The position numbers were made by a program, and so were the translations under genes. Of a stretch of 64,000 bases of DNA, positions 12,247 through 24,273 are shown in pieces; position 1 is the first letter of the stretch; each line of letters begins with the position of its first letter. Under the pieces are notes generated by a model that saw only the letters and a program-made list of their open reading frames with translations, was not told the DNA's origin and made no database searches. This DNA comes from Octopus vulgaris (taxonomy: Eukaryota): assembly GCA_951406725.2 (NCBI GenBank), contig OX597837.1:39680001-39744000 (forward strand). The letters are read 5' to 3'.

Positions 12247-12465
12247 TTGTGTGTCTGTGTTTGTCCCCCTAGCATTGCTTGACAACCGATGCTGGTGTGT
12301 TTACGTCCCAGTCACTTAGCGGTTCGGCAAAAAAGACTGATAGAATAAGTACTGGGCTTAGAAAGAATAAGTCCCGGGGTTGAGTTGCTCGACTAAAAGG
12401 CGGTGCTCCAGCATGGCCGCAGTCAAATGACTGAAACAAGTAAAAGAGTAAAAGAGTAAGAGAGT
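12042..12465 (+). mobile_element. SINE family A in COMMD2 intron 1
   Basis: Matches the family consensus. Confidence 0.85.
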
Positions 12466-12837
12466 AACTAAGCACTTTTAAACTTCGTATACTGGTAGAA
12501 TGTGTTTATAAAAACATCTTTTTCTCTTGGCTTTATTGAGAAAATTCTATAGTTTGTAAGATATTTGTTGTTTTTTTCTTCAATTTCTTCAATTTCAACC
12601 AATCAATGTCGTCTATTGAGGTAAAAAAAAAAAACATTCTGTGCCGTATGAATATGTCCCTCGTTTAAGAAACTGATTGGGTTTATTTACATTAGTGAAG
12701 AAAAAAAGATACCCTTCCCCCCACCCCTAACCCTAAAAGAGATTGAAATGTAATAGATCGATACTAGGGTCATAATTATGGGTGACAATTTCATATGACA
12801 CCGCTGGAAAAAACTGCCGTTCAAACCGAAAAGATCC
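12466..12837 (-). mobile_element. TIR element with internal TTAGGG motif, truncated copy
   Basis: Reverse complement of 13214-13625. Confidence 0.75.
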
Positions 12838-13213
12838 AAAATACGTTTCAGCCAAATGGTAGATTACGATTATATCGGAATTTGTGCTTATCTACACAAG
12901 GATGCCCTTCTTCCGACTTTGTTTCCTCATAACTTTTTGAAACATGTTTTTGCCTAACTCATTTGTATAGTTATACCCATTACCCCATGTGTCCTTCTTC
13001 GATTCAAACGGTTGTTATTTGAAGAAGATTCATCTGTTCTTTCTAGCACGTCGAACGAACACTTAGGTGCCTCCCTCTTTGGTAGTAGTAATAGTAGTAG
13101 TAGTAGTAGTATATTTGTTGTTGTTCAGCTCCAAGTTAGTCATGGTCTAATATTTATTCTAATCACATAGAAGAGTGTTTGTCTTATACTAGTGGTACTC
13201 AAACATTTTTTTT

Positions 13214-13625
13214 GGATCTTTTCGGTTTGAACGGCAGTTTTTTCTAGCAGTGTCATATGAAATTGTCACCTATAATTATAACCTTAGCATCGATCTATTG
13301 CATTTCAATCTGTTTTAGGGTTAGGGGTGGGGAGAAGGGTATCGTTTTTTCTTCACAAATGTACATAAACCCAATCTGTTTCTTAAACGAGGGACATATT
13401 CATACGGCACAGAATGTTTTCACCTCAATAAACGTCATTGATTGGTTGAAATTGCAGAAATTGAAGGAAAAACAACAATAAATATCTTACAAACCATAGA
13501 ATTTTCTCAATGAAGCCAAGAGAAAAAGATGTTTTATAAACACATTCTACCAGTATACGAAGTTTAAAAGTGTTTAGTTACGTGGAAATTATTTTAAAAA
13601 ACTGCTGTTCAAACCGAAAAGATCC
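13214..13625 (+). mobile_element. ~410-bp non-autonomous DNA element with inverted ends and an internal ttagggttaggg
   Basis: GGATCTTTTCGGTTTGAACGGCAGTTTTT ... AAAAACTGCTGTTCAAACCGAAAAGATCC, inserted in a poly-T run; third copy at 27439-27862. Confidence 0.8.
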
Positions 13626-14242
13626 CTTTTTTTTTTTTTACTTCTGGACCCTGTTGATTCCTATTTTATACCACTGGACCCCTATAGCCATTCAATGTTT
13701 TAAAAATATCCCAGCATATTTTTATAATGAAATATTATTGGGAATTCTGTTGTGTCTGGGGAGAGTAATTTTCTTTTTGTACCTTATAATATTGATATAC
13801 ACACACACGCACACACACACATGTATATATGCATATATGTGTATGCATGCTGACACATATATACACATATATATATATTGCTTTACTACCCACAAGGGGC
13901 TAAACACAGGGGACAAACAAGGACAGACAAAGGGATTAAGTCGACTACATTGACCCCAGTGTGAAACTGGTACTTAATTTATCGACCCCGAAAGGATGAA
14001 AGGCAAAGTCGACCTCGGCGGAATTGGAACTCGGAACGTAACGACAGACGAAATACGGCTAAGAATTTCGCCCGGCGTGCTAACGTTTCTACCAGCTCGC
14101 CGCATATATATATACATACACACTTATATGCATAGATGTGCATATATGCTCAGTCACATTTATATACATACACCTATACACTCATACATATGCATGTATT
14201 TAATTATCACAATTATCATTGCGTCAATATTTTCCATTCCAG

Positions 14243-14320
14243 TTGTTCGGGAATTCTGTCGCATCTCCTTGCAGTTCATTGAAAATGGTGCTAACCCGAA
14301 AGTGTACCAAGGTGCCGCAC
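14243..14320 (+). CDS. COMMD2: COMMD2 exon 2 (VVREFCRISLQFIENGANPKVYQGAA)
   Basis: CAG acceptor, GTAAG donor; GANPKxYxGAA motif of COMMD2. Confidence 0.95.
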
Positions 14321-14384
14321 GTAAGTTGAGATTTTCTGTCATTGTTTTTGTAATTAATGTAACCAGGAGTGGCTGTGTGGTAAG

Positions 14385-14529
14385 TAACTTGCTTACCAAC
14401 CACATGGTTCCGGGTTCAGTCCCACTGCGTGGCACCTTGGGCAAGTGTCTTCTACTATAACCTTGGGCCAACCAAAGCCTTGTGAGTGGATTTGGTAAAC
14501 GGAAACTGAAAGAAGCCGTTGTATATATG

Positions 14530-14560
<31 letters not shown>

Positions 14561-14676
14561 CTGTGTTTGTACCCCCAACATCGCTTGACAACCAATGCTG
14601 GTGTGTTTACATCCCTGTAAATTAGCGGTTCGGCAAAAGAGACCAATAGAATAAGTATAGGCTTGCAAAGAATAAG
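14385..14676 (+). mobile_element. SINE family A in COMMD2 intron 2
   Basis: Matches the consensus; 3'-truncated next to a LINE fragment. Confidence 0.85.
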
Positions 14677-15003
14677 TTAGCTTTCCTTTGATGTTACTGC
14701 ACCTCTTATGTGTCCATAGCTTTACACCGGGTACATTTTATGGAATTTCTACCTACGCCTTTTCTACAGATTGAGCAGGGCCATCTACCTGAAGGGATTT
14801 GTGGTTTGTCTACCTTCCTACTTATTAAGACTTTGGTTTTTGCTAGATTGGCTCTAAAGCCCTTCAGTTCTAGACCTTGCTTCCATAACTGAAACTTCTC
14901 CTCTAGTTCTGATAGTGACTCAGCTATTAGAGCAAGGTCATCAGCATAGAGAAGCTCCCAGGGGCATCCTGTCTTGAATTCCTCTGTTATTGCCTAGAGG
15001 ACT
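14677..15003 (-). mobile_element. RTE-like LINE reverse transcriptase fragment
   Basis: Translates as ..TGCPWELLYADDLALIAES..KGFRANLAKTKVL..WPCSICRKGVGRNSIKCTRCKLWTHKRCS (YADD motif plus Cys-rich insert); contains a stop codon. Confidence 0.85.
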
Positions 15004-15188
15004 AATAATATTAATAATAATCATTTAACATCCATTTTTCCATGCCGGCATGGGTTGGATGATTTGACAGGAGCTGGCCAACTGAAGAGGTATCCAGGTT
15101 CCCTGTTTGTTTCGGCATGGCTTCTAGGACTGCGTCACACCAACCACTCTCCTAAAATACTTTCTTTAATATGAAATCTTTTCTGCAG

Positions 15189-15271
15189 AGAAACTTGATG
15201 TGGAAACGAAAGTTGTTCAGTCGGCCGTGGAAGGGTTGATGTACCTCCTGACAGAAACCTCACGATTTATG
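15189..15271 (+). CDS. COMMD2: COMMD2 exon 3 (QKLDVETKVVQSAVEGLMYLLTETSRFM)
   Basis: CAG acceptor, GTAAG donor; VEGLxYLLTE motif. Confidence 0.95.
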
Positions 15272-15345
15272 GTAAGTATTGCCTCTCGGTATTTTCATTC
15301 TGGCCATGCAATAAAAGACAGTCACATGACATTAACCAAAGTATT

Positions 15346-15753
15346 ACTCTTTTACTCTCTTTTACTTGTTTCAGTCAGTTGACTGCGGCCATGCTGGAGC
15401 ACTGCCTTTAGTCGAGCAACTCGACCCCGGGACTTATTCTTTGTAAGCCCAGTACTTATTCTATCGGTCTCTTTTGCTGAACCGCTAAGTGATGGGGACG
15501 TAAACACACCAGCAACGGTTGTCAAGCAATGCTTGGGGGACAAACACAGACACACAAACACACACACGCATATATATATATACATATATACGACGAGCTT
15601 CTTTCAGTTTCCGTCTACCAAATCCACTCACAAGGCTTTGGTCGGCCCGAGGCTATGGTAGAAGACACTTGCCCAAGGTGCCACGCAGTGGGACTGAACC
15701 CGGAACCATGTGGTTGGTAAACAAGCTACTTACCACACAGCCACTCCTGCGCC
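15346..15753 (-). mobile_element. SINE family A in COMMD2 intron 3, full length
   Basis: Matches the consensus. Confidence 0.88.
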
Positions 15754-16689
15754 TATTGTTCATCATCGTCACCTAAGGGCCTGGTCTACCTAGCTGCTGT
15801 GAAAAGATACCATGGGGCAGCTGTGTGGTAAGAAGTTTGCTTGCCAACCACGTGGTTCCAGGTTCAGTCCCACTGTGTGGATCCTTGGGCAAGTGTCTTC
15901 TACTGTATCCTTGGGCCAACCAAAGCCTTGGGGAGTGGATTTGGCTGATGGTAACTGAAAGAACACACACATACACACACAGACATACACAGACACATAC
16001 ACACACACATCAAGAAATTTGATTGCTATTTTTAGCAGTTTGAATGACCACATAAAGGCTACTTCCTTTGATATTAATTCACTAAAGACCCATGCCAGCT
16101 TGGAAAAGGGGACGTTAATGATGATGATGATGATGATGGTGGTGGAGAGGATGATGATGATGATGATGATGATGATATTGTTGTTATTATCATTATGATT
16201 AAGATGATGAGCTGGCAGAATCATTAGCATGCCAGGTGAAATGCTTTGCGGTATTTCGCCCATCGCTACATTCTGAGTTCAAATCCTGCCGAGGTTGACT
16301 TTGCGTTCATCCTTTCGGGGTCGATAAATTAAGTACCCGTGAAACACTGGGGGCTGATGTAACAAAAATTTGAAATCATCATCATCATTATCATTATTAT
16401 TATTATTATCATTATCATTATTATTATCATTATTATTATTATTATCATTATCATCATTATTATTATTATTATTATTAAGGTGGTGAGCTGGTAGAATGCT
16501 TAGGCAGAATGCTTAGTGGCATTTTGTCCAATATTTTGTTCTAAGCTCAAATTCTGCTGAGTTTGAACTTTGCCTTTCATTCTTTCAGGGTTGTTAAGTA
16601 CCAGTAAAACACTGAGGTTGATGTAATTGACTTGTCCTCTCCCTCAAAATTTCAGACCTTGTGTTGTTGTTGTTGTTATTATTATACGA

Positions 16690-17045
16690 GAGTGATCGTT
16701 GCCAGAGCGGCTATCTGGCCTCCGTGCCAGTGGCATGTAAAAAACACCATTCAAGCGTGATCGTTACCAGCATCGCCTTACTGGCACCTGTGCCGGTGGC
16801 ATGTGTAAAAAGATTCGAGCGAGGGTGTTGCCAGTACCACCTGACTGGCCCCTGTGCCAGTGACACGTAAAAAGCACCCACTACACTCTCGGAGTGGTTG
16901 GCGTTAGGAAGGTCATCCAGCTGTAGAAACTCTGCCAGATCAAGATTGGAGCCTGGTGCAGCCATCTGGTTCGCCAGTCCTCAGTCAAAATCGTCCAACC
17001 CATGCTAGCATGGAAAGCGGACGTTAAACGATGATGATGATGATG
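16690..17045 (+). mobile_element. SINE family D with (GAT)n tail
   Basis: ggttggcgttaggaagg.catccagctgtagaaac body; the tail ends just upstream of the exon 4 acceptor. Confidence 0.75.
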
Positions 17046-17100
17046 ATAATCATTCTTCTTCTTCTTATTGTTGTTATTATGATAATGATGTTCTTTACAG

Positions 17101-17274
17101 ATTCCTGAATCAGAATACAAAGAGTCTTTAAGTATTCTTGGCTTCCAAGATGACAAAATAGACATTTTACTCACCATGTACCTGGAAAACAGAGGAAACA
17201 TCCGGAATATTCTTTCGGAAATGTCTATGGAGTTGCCGCATTATGACAACTTAGAATGGCGTTTTGATGTTCAG
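17101..17274 (+). CDS. COMMD2: COMMD2 exon 4 (IPESEYKESLSILGF..LPHYDNLEWRFDVQ)
   Basis: TTTACAG acceptor, GTGAG donor; start of the COMM domain, LEWRFDV. Confidence 0.95.
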
Positions 17275-17393
17275 GTGAGCAAATATTCTTATTTTTTTTT
17301 ATCATTTATCTAAAAAAAAATCATTATATTTATTCTTCGTTGCCCTTTTCAAGCCTATCCAGATTTTCTTTTCTTTTGCTTTTTTTATTCCAG

Positions 17394-17591
17394 GTTGCAA
17401 GTCGATCCATGAGGCACCAGGTGATGCCAAACGTTCTGCTGAAGCTCCACTTAGAAGAGGACGATAAAGTCACGACACACCCTCTACAAACCGACCCCGG
17501 GAACCTTGTTCAGTTAACGAAGGAACTGGAAAAAGCTCTGGATGAGATGAAATCAGCCTTTTGCAGACGCATTGTTAGAAACATAGACTGA
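17394..17591 (+). CDS. COMMD2: COMMD2 exon 5 (VASRSMRHQVMP..QTDPGNLVQLTKELEKALDEMKSAFCRRIVRNID*)
   Basis: Follows a 119-nt intron; COMM domain C-terminus. The five exons sum to 600 nt = 199 aa plus stop. Confidence 0.95.
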   Translation, partial: VASRSMRHQVMPNVLLKLHLEEDDKVTTHPLQTDPGNLVQLTKELEKALDEMKSAFCRRIVRNID

Positions 17592-17994
17592 ACATTCTCC
17601 TTAATTTATCAACACCTCTGTTTGTCTGTGTGTGTGTGTGTATATATGTGTATATATATATGTGTATATATATACTTTATTTAAAGCAGCAGAAACGGGA
17701 AACTCAGAGTAACAGGCTTTGTTGAATTTTCTGCTGCTTTAAATAAAGCATATTACTCTACCACTGGTATTTGAGTACTCTTTTTTCCACCTTGTTTCAC
17801 ATTTATGTGTTTACTCCGGTATATATATATATATATATAGAATGGTTGTATACTGTCAATCTAACACGAACGTGTCAGTAGGGGGGTACACCACTGCTGT
17901 TTAGCCCTAGGAAGCATCGATGCCTCCTGATGGCTTTGACACATTTTTCTTGTGACCTTATATACATTTACGAAGGGGAGACAAATACCCCCAG

Positions 17995-18193
17995 GTAAAA
18001 TAATATGTGACAATTATTCGGTAGCCAAGATAAAACTCTGAGTTTCTGATGCCGAGGTGGAAATCCACAACACCATCTCTTCGGTTATCTGGCCATCTGT
18101 AAAATGCAAATTCGTGAAGTGTTCCATATTTTTTAAGATCCGAAACTCAGAGTTTTGTCTTGGCTACCGAATAATTGTCACATATTACTTTAC
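17995..18193. repeat. Fold-back element, ~50-bp arms, with a hammerhead-like motif inside
   Basis: gtaaaataatatgtgacaattattcggtagccaagataaaactctgagtttc pairs with gaaactcagagttttgtcttggctaccgaataattgtcacatattactttac. Confidence 0.85.
18028..18090 (-). ncRNA. Hammerhead-like motif (U4C core variant)
   Basis: AGAUAA-CCGAAGA-GAUG..CAUC-a-GAAA-CUC-A-GAG-UU-UUAUCU. Confidence 0.45.
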
Positions 18194-18263
18194 AGATAAA
18201 TTTCCTCTATTTACATAATACTGAGGTCTCTTTCTTTCTTTTGTTATCTTACCGTTTTTACCA

Positions 18264-18294
<31 letters not shown>

Positions 18295-18552
18295 TGTATA
18301 CACACATACACACACTCATGCATCTGTTTCTTCCGATGTTTTTTTTTTTTTTTGTATCTTGACCAAACACCATTTCATGAAAATTCTTGGAGATGGATAT
18401 TTAATTCCACAACTGGAACAAAAACAATGAACCATTTTTGCAAAAATTTTTTTATAAAGAATATTACAAAACAAAACAAAAAAGACCCCAATAATTCCAA
18501 AGCTGTTGCCAAAACATACCATACACCTTCACACAGGTAAGTGTGTATATGC

Positions 18553-18589
<37 letters not shown>

Positions 18590-20618
18590 TACTTTATGTG
18601 TGTTGGTTAAAACAAAATGTAAATTGAAGAATATATATTTAAAAAGAAAAAATCGTTTGAGTTTTGTTGTCTGTGCGTCCTAACTTGAGTTTTATTGTTG
18701 CTTAAATAATTTAAGATTTTGGGTCTTTTGTTACCAATTTCCTGACATTTCGTGCATGTGCTCATCATACTCTCTCTCTCTCACTTGTTTCAGTCATTTG
18801 CGGCCATGCTGGAGCACCACCTTTAGTTGAGGAAATCGACCTCAGGACTTATTCTTTGTAAGCCTAGTACTTATTCTATCGGTCTCTTTTGCTGAACCGC
18901 TAAGTGACGTAAACACACCAGCATCGGTTGTCAAGCGATGTTGGGGGTGGGGGACAAACACAAATATATATATATACATATACGACGGGCTGCTTTTAAT
19001 TTCTGTCTACCAAATCCACTTACAATGCTTTAGTCGGCCCGAGTCTATAGTAGAAGACACTTCCCCAAGGTGCCATGCAGTGGGACTGAACCTGGAACTC
19101 TTTGAAGTAGGATCCTCTGACTTCAGTGCACTTACTTTAGTGCTCCTCCAGAACTGGTTTCAGCCGGGTTGGTAGCGAAAGGGGTAATGTATTTCTCAGG
19201 GAGATTCAGTGTGACACAGAATGTGACAAGGCTGGCCCTTTCAATTACAGGTACAACTTGTTTTTGCCGACTGAGTGGACTGGAGCAAAGTGAAATAAAG
19301 GGTCTTGCTCAAAGCCATAACGGACCACCAGAAATCATAACCTTACGTTCATCAGCTGAATACCCCAACGGCTAAGCCACTTGACTTCACCTGCACTTAA
19401 CGAGAAATAGAAACAAGATTTTTTTGATATTGGAAAATATATTCTTTATTGAGGTGAAATATTTTTTGTTCTTTTTGTTGACATTATACAAGTCTTGATG
19501 AAACAAAACACTAAAATATGAAACACATTGGATAACGAGGAGGGTTTTCTCAAATAGGTATAAGGGCCACAAATTTTTCGATGAGTAAATAATCATGTTC
19601 CTTATTTGGCCCACAATAATTGAAAGTATAAAGTGAACTTTGGTGGTATTTGAACTCAGAATATAAAGGGATGTATATTGTAAGCTAACTAAAATACTGT
19701 AAAGCACTTTGCCCGTTGCTCCACCAATTCTGCACCACAAAGATATTTTCTTATTTGTTTCACTCTTTGGACTGTGGCCATGCTGGAGCACCATCTTGAA
19801 ATTACTTTTTTTTAAGGCTTGGTACTTATTCTAGTGGTTATCTTTGGTGAACTGCTAAGTTACAGGAACATAAACAAACCAACACTAGTTGTCAGGTGGT
19901 GGTGGTGGACAAACACAAAGACCTATATGCATACACATATGACAGGCTTCTTTCAGTTTCCATCTACCAAACTGACTCACAATGCTTTGGTCGGCCTGAG
20001 GCCACAGTGGAAGACACTTGCTCAAGCTACCACACAGAGAGATAGAACCCAAAACCCTGAGGCCAAGAAGCAAACTTTTTTACCACGCAGCCAAAACACG
20101 AAGCTTTGGTTTTATAAGGAATCAAACATGGAAGTCTACGAGGCTGAATGGCAGAAACAATAAAAATATTGGATAAATGCATTTAATATTGTCATGTTCT
20201 GAGTTCAAATCTCACCAAAGTTGAATTTATCTTTCATCCTTCTGGGGTTCTTTGGTAGATTACACCCCATTTACATACTAGTGTCAAGCTAACTGACTTT
20301 GCTGTTTTTCTCCAAAACTTGTGGCCAGGAACCAATAACAGAAAGTAGAGAGCAAAGAAAAGGAAAAAGGTTCTTTGGATTTTATTGTCTCTTTAAAAGA
20401 TTTGTTTTTTTTTTTGGTGGAGTCTGTTACGTCAGTAGCAGCTGGAAATGTAATTCTTGGCAAAATTGAGCGAATTCTATGTAGATTATATTTTCAAAAT
20501 GCGGGGTTTATTGTAATAGAGTAAGGGGGCCAATTTGTTGGTTTGATGAGGAAGCAGGTCATCGGAAGGTGATTTAAAAAAAAAAAAGAAACAAAGCTTC
20601 TGTTTCATGTGTGTGAGA

Positions 20619-20672
<54 letters not shown>

Positions 20673-21012
20673 AGAATTCAAAAAAGAAAAACAAAAAAAA
20701 CAACAACAAAAGATGAATACAGGTGGTGTAGACAACAAATAAATGCATTAGTTTAATGCTTGGGAAGTGAAAAAGTCTTTAATATTTCGAGCCTAAGCTC
20801 TTCCACAGAAAGAAACAAGGGGAGAAAATAAAGAATGTGTAGTGGCTAGCAATCTATATATACATATATATATGCACACACATACATAGAGACATAGATA
20901 GATAAACATTTCTTATAGATGTGTGTGTATGTATATTTATATGTATATAATATGCAATTGTGTATGTGTGTATGTGTATGTATATATATATATATGTACG
21001 TATATATATATA

Positions 21013-21266
21013 ATAGAAAAAATAAGGTATTCGGAGATCTGGATGGTTGTACATATACAAATATTTATAAACATCACATGTTTTTACAAGTCACGTATAA
21101 GTGCTTTTATCTACTCTAGTAGATTCTTCAGATTTTGAAGAAAATCTGAAGAATCTATTAGAGTAGATGAAAGCACTTATACGTGATTTGTAAAAACATG
21201 TGACATGTTAATAAATATTTGTATATGTACAACCATCCAGATATCTGAATACCTTATTTTTTTCTA
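21013..21266. repeat. Long palindrome (~125-bp arms, 4-nt loop)
   Basis: Arms meet at cagatttt-gaag-aaaatctg (21129-21148); flanked by (TA)n. Confidence 0.9.
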
Positions 21267-21304
21267 ATATATAATATCTGTACATCACCTCCAAACCCTC
21301 TAAT

Positions 21305-21349
<45 letters not shown>

Positions 21350-21943
21350 CACAGACTAAATCATAGTATGTTGTATACTATATGTGGTCCAAATCTCATT
21401 GGTGAGTGGTGTGTCTTTTTTCTATCACAATCAGGTATCATATATATATATATATATATATATATGATGTAAATAATAACATTATTTCGTTAAGATTTAA
21501 ATATTACATTATGCAATAAACATCAGATCTATATATGCATATATACATGCAAATACACACACACACAAGTCCATTTATAAAACTTTAAATTATGCTTTTT
21601 GTTTCAACATACATTTCTTTTTTCATGCTAGGAATATATATATATATATGAGATATTGTGATTCGGGGGCAAGTAGTTTTACATTTGGAAATCCCAGTCC
21701 TATGTCATTAATTAAGGGAGCTGAGAGAAGTTGAATGTCTGGTTTGTATCTGAGCAGCATAACAACATCGCTGTAATAGAAAGATTTGAACTCCTGAGTA
21801 TATTACTGGTATCTCCAAGGTGGTAACTTTACTGTGACTGGTATTGGTACCTTCTTAAATGTTGGTATTTTATGAGTATCACATATTCAGAACTCAGGAG
21901 AACAACATGTGTGTTTGAGTATATACACACATATACGCACACA

Positions 21944-22129
21944 TTTTATAAGCTTAAGGCTTGTAAGCAATCCCCGTGTAACAACTAAAAAAAAATAGCC
22001 CAATAATGAAATATATAAACCCTTGATGGCAAAAATACTTTTTCTGTCAAGGGCTTATATGCCCCAATATTAGGGGCTATTTTCTTTAATCCTTACACAG
22101 TGATTGCTCATAAACTTTAAGCTTATAAA
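21944..22129. repeat. Imperfect fold-back / MITE-like element
   Basis: ttttataagcttaag / ttaagcttataaaa ends; cccttgatggcaaaaa / tttttctgtcaaggg centre. Confidence 0.7.
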
Positions 22130-22189
22130 ATACTATTATTAATTACAGAATTGCAAAAAAATTGACACTGCTTACCAAAAAACCACTGC

Positions 22190-22440
22190 ATATATATATA
22201 TGAAATACAAAATGGGACAAGAACGCAAAGCATCCGGACGACTAGGTGATACAAAAAAGGACAACAAAACATCCAGATAGACGATATAAAAAAACAAGGA
22301 CGGGTCATTCTGAGTTTTCTACCCGTCCTTGTTTTTTTGTATCGTCTATCTGGATGTTTTGTTGTCCCTTTTTTGTTTCACCTAGTTGTCCAGATGTTTT
22401 GCATTCTCGTCCCATTTTGTATTTCATATATATATATATA
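22190..22440. repeat. Long palindrome (~115-bp arms, 15-nt loop) within (TA)n
   Basis: ..aaacaaggacgggt-cattctgagttttct-acccgtccttgttt.. Confidence 0.9.
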
Positions 22441-22813
22441 GCGGCGTACGTACACTTTGTTCTCTTATATATATAGGTTTGTTGGTGCAAACAGGAAAAA
22501 TAGAACTAAAAATATGAGCATATCTATATATTTTATTAATATTTAGCAGAATTAACAGAGTAACTCGTGGGTCGAGAGTTTTGTGAATTGGCACTCTGAT
22601 GAGTGCCAATGCATGAAACCTTCAGACCTTGAGTCACTCTGTTGCATCTGGTAAATATTAACAAACATATATATATATATATATATATGAAAATTAGAAA
22701 AAAAACACCTTTAATCAATTCAAAATGAACAATTAAATTACACCATCTAAAAAATTACATATAATAGAAATATTAAAATTAAAATATTATTGTTATTTTA
22801 ATATTTCTATTAT

Positions 22814-23207
22814 ACTCTTTACTCTTTTACTCGTTTCAGTCATTTGACTGCGGCCATGCTGGTGCACCGCCTTTAGTCGAGCAAATCGACCCCGGGACTT
22901 ATTCTTTTGTAAGCCCAGTACTTATTCTATCAGTCTCTTTTGCCGAACCGCTAAGTGACGGGGACGTAAACACACCAGCATCGGTTGTCAAGCAATGTTA
23001 GGGGGACAAACACAGACACACAAACACACACATACATACATATATATATATACATATATACGACAGGCTTCTTTCAGTTTCCGTCTACCAAATCCACTCA
23101 CAAGGCATTGGTCGGCCCAAGGCTATAGCAGAAGACACTTGCCCAAGATGCCACGCAGTGGGACTGAACCCAGAACCATGTGGTTGGTAGGCAAGCTACT
23201 TACCACA
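22814..23207 (-). mobile_element. SINE family A inserted into a fold-back element
   Basis: Consensus match; flanks 22690-22745 and 23208-23265 are reverse complements. Confidence 0.85.
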
Positions 23208-23529
23208 TGGTCTAATTTAATTGTTCATTTTGAATTGATAAAAGGTGGGTTTTTTTCTAATTTATATGTATATATATTATATTGTGTGAAATTTGATTTA
23301 GTATTTCTAAATTGAATTTTTCCCTGTAAGTTAGGATTAATATTCCCTCAAATAATAATTATATATATATATATATATTTTATTCATCATCATCGTTTAA
23401 TGTCTGCCTCCCATGCAGGCATGGGTTGGACAATTCAACAGGAGCAGGCCAGGCAGAAGAATACCCCAGGCTACTGTGTCTATATGTGTATATATATATA
23501 ATGTTCTTTTCAGCAGCAGTTTTTGAGAG

Positions 23530-24100
23530 AAGGTGGAAGAGCAAGTTGATTACATTGACCCCAGTGCATGACTGGTACTTGTTTTATCAACCCCTGAAAG
23601 GATGAAGGGCAAAGTCGACCTTGGTGGAAGAAATTTGAACTTAGAGTGTACTGAGTCGGAAGAAATACCTATTTCTTTACTACCCACAAGGGGATAAACA
23701 CAGAGGGGACAAACAAGGACAGACAACGGATTAAGTCGATTATATCGACCCCCAGTGCATAACTGGTACTTAATTTATCGACCCCGAAAGGATGAAAGGC
23801 AAAGTCGACCTCGGCGGAATTTGAACTCGGAACGTAAAGACAGACGAAATACCTATTTCTTTACTACCCACAAGGGGCTAAACACAGAGGAGACAAACAA
23901 GGACAGACAAACGGATTAAGTCGATTATATCGACCCCAGTGCGTAACTGGTACTTAATTTATTGACCCTGAAAGGATGAAAGGCAAAGTCGACCTCGGCG
24001 GAATTTGAACTCAGAACGTAACGGCAGACGAAATACCATCGGAAGAAATACCGCCAAGCATTTTTTCCGACGCTGTACCAACTCTGCCAGATGAACGCCT
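23530..24100 (-). repeat. Head-to-tail multimer of SINE family C (~177-bp unit)
   Basis: About 3 repeats of ..gaaatacctatttctttactacccacaagggg..gaaaggatgaaaggcaaagtcgacc.. Confidence 0.85.
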
Positions 24101-24273
24101 TAGGATACCATGCATACACACAAACACACACATATTTCTATGTGTGTGTGTGTATTTGTATGTATTAAAGTGACAGTGTAGCAATAAGAATTTCAGATAT
24201 CGGGATTGATACGTTGTTGGAAAAGATGCTGAGAGATGATCTGTGAAGTGAAAAACCATGGATGTTGTTGATC

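Noticed and set aside
12725-12740. Telomere-like CCCTAA/TTAGGG
   Set aside because: Only about two units, internal to a dispersed element
14321-14330. Read-through of COMMD2 exon 2 gives AARKL, as in the human protein
   Set aside because: Coincidence of the GTAAG donor; exon 3 already supplies KL and the spliced length is 199 aa
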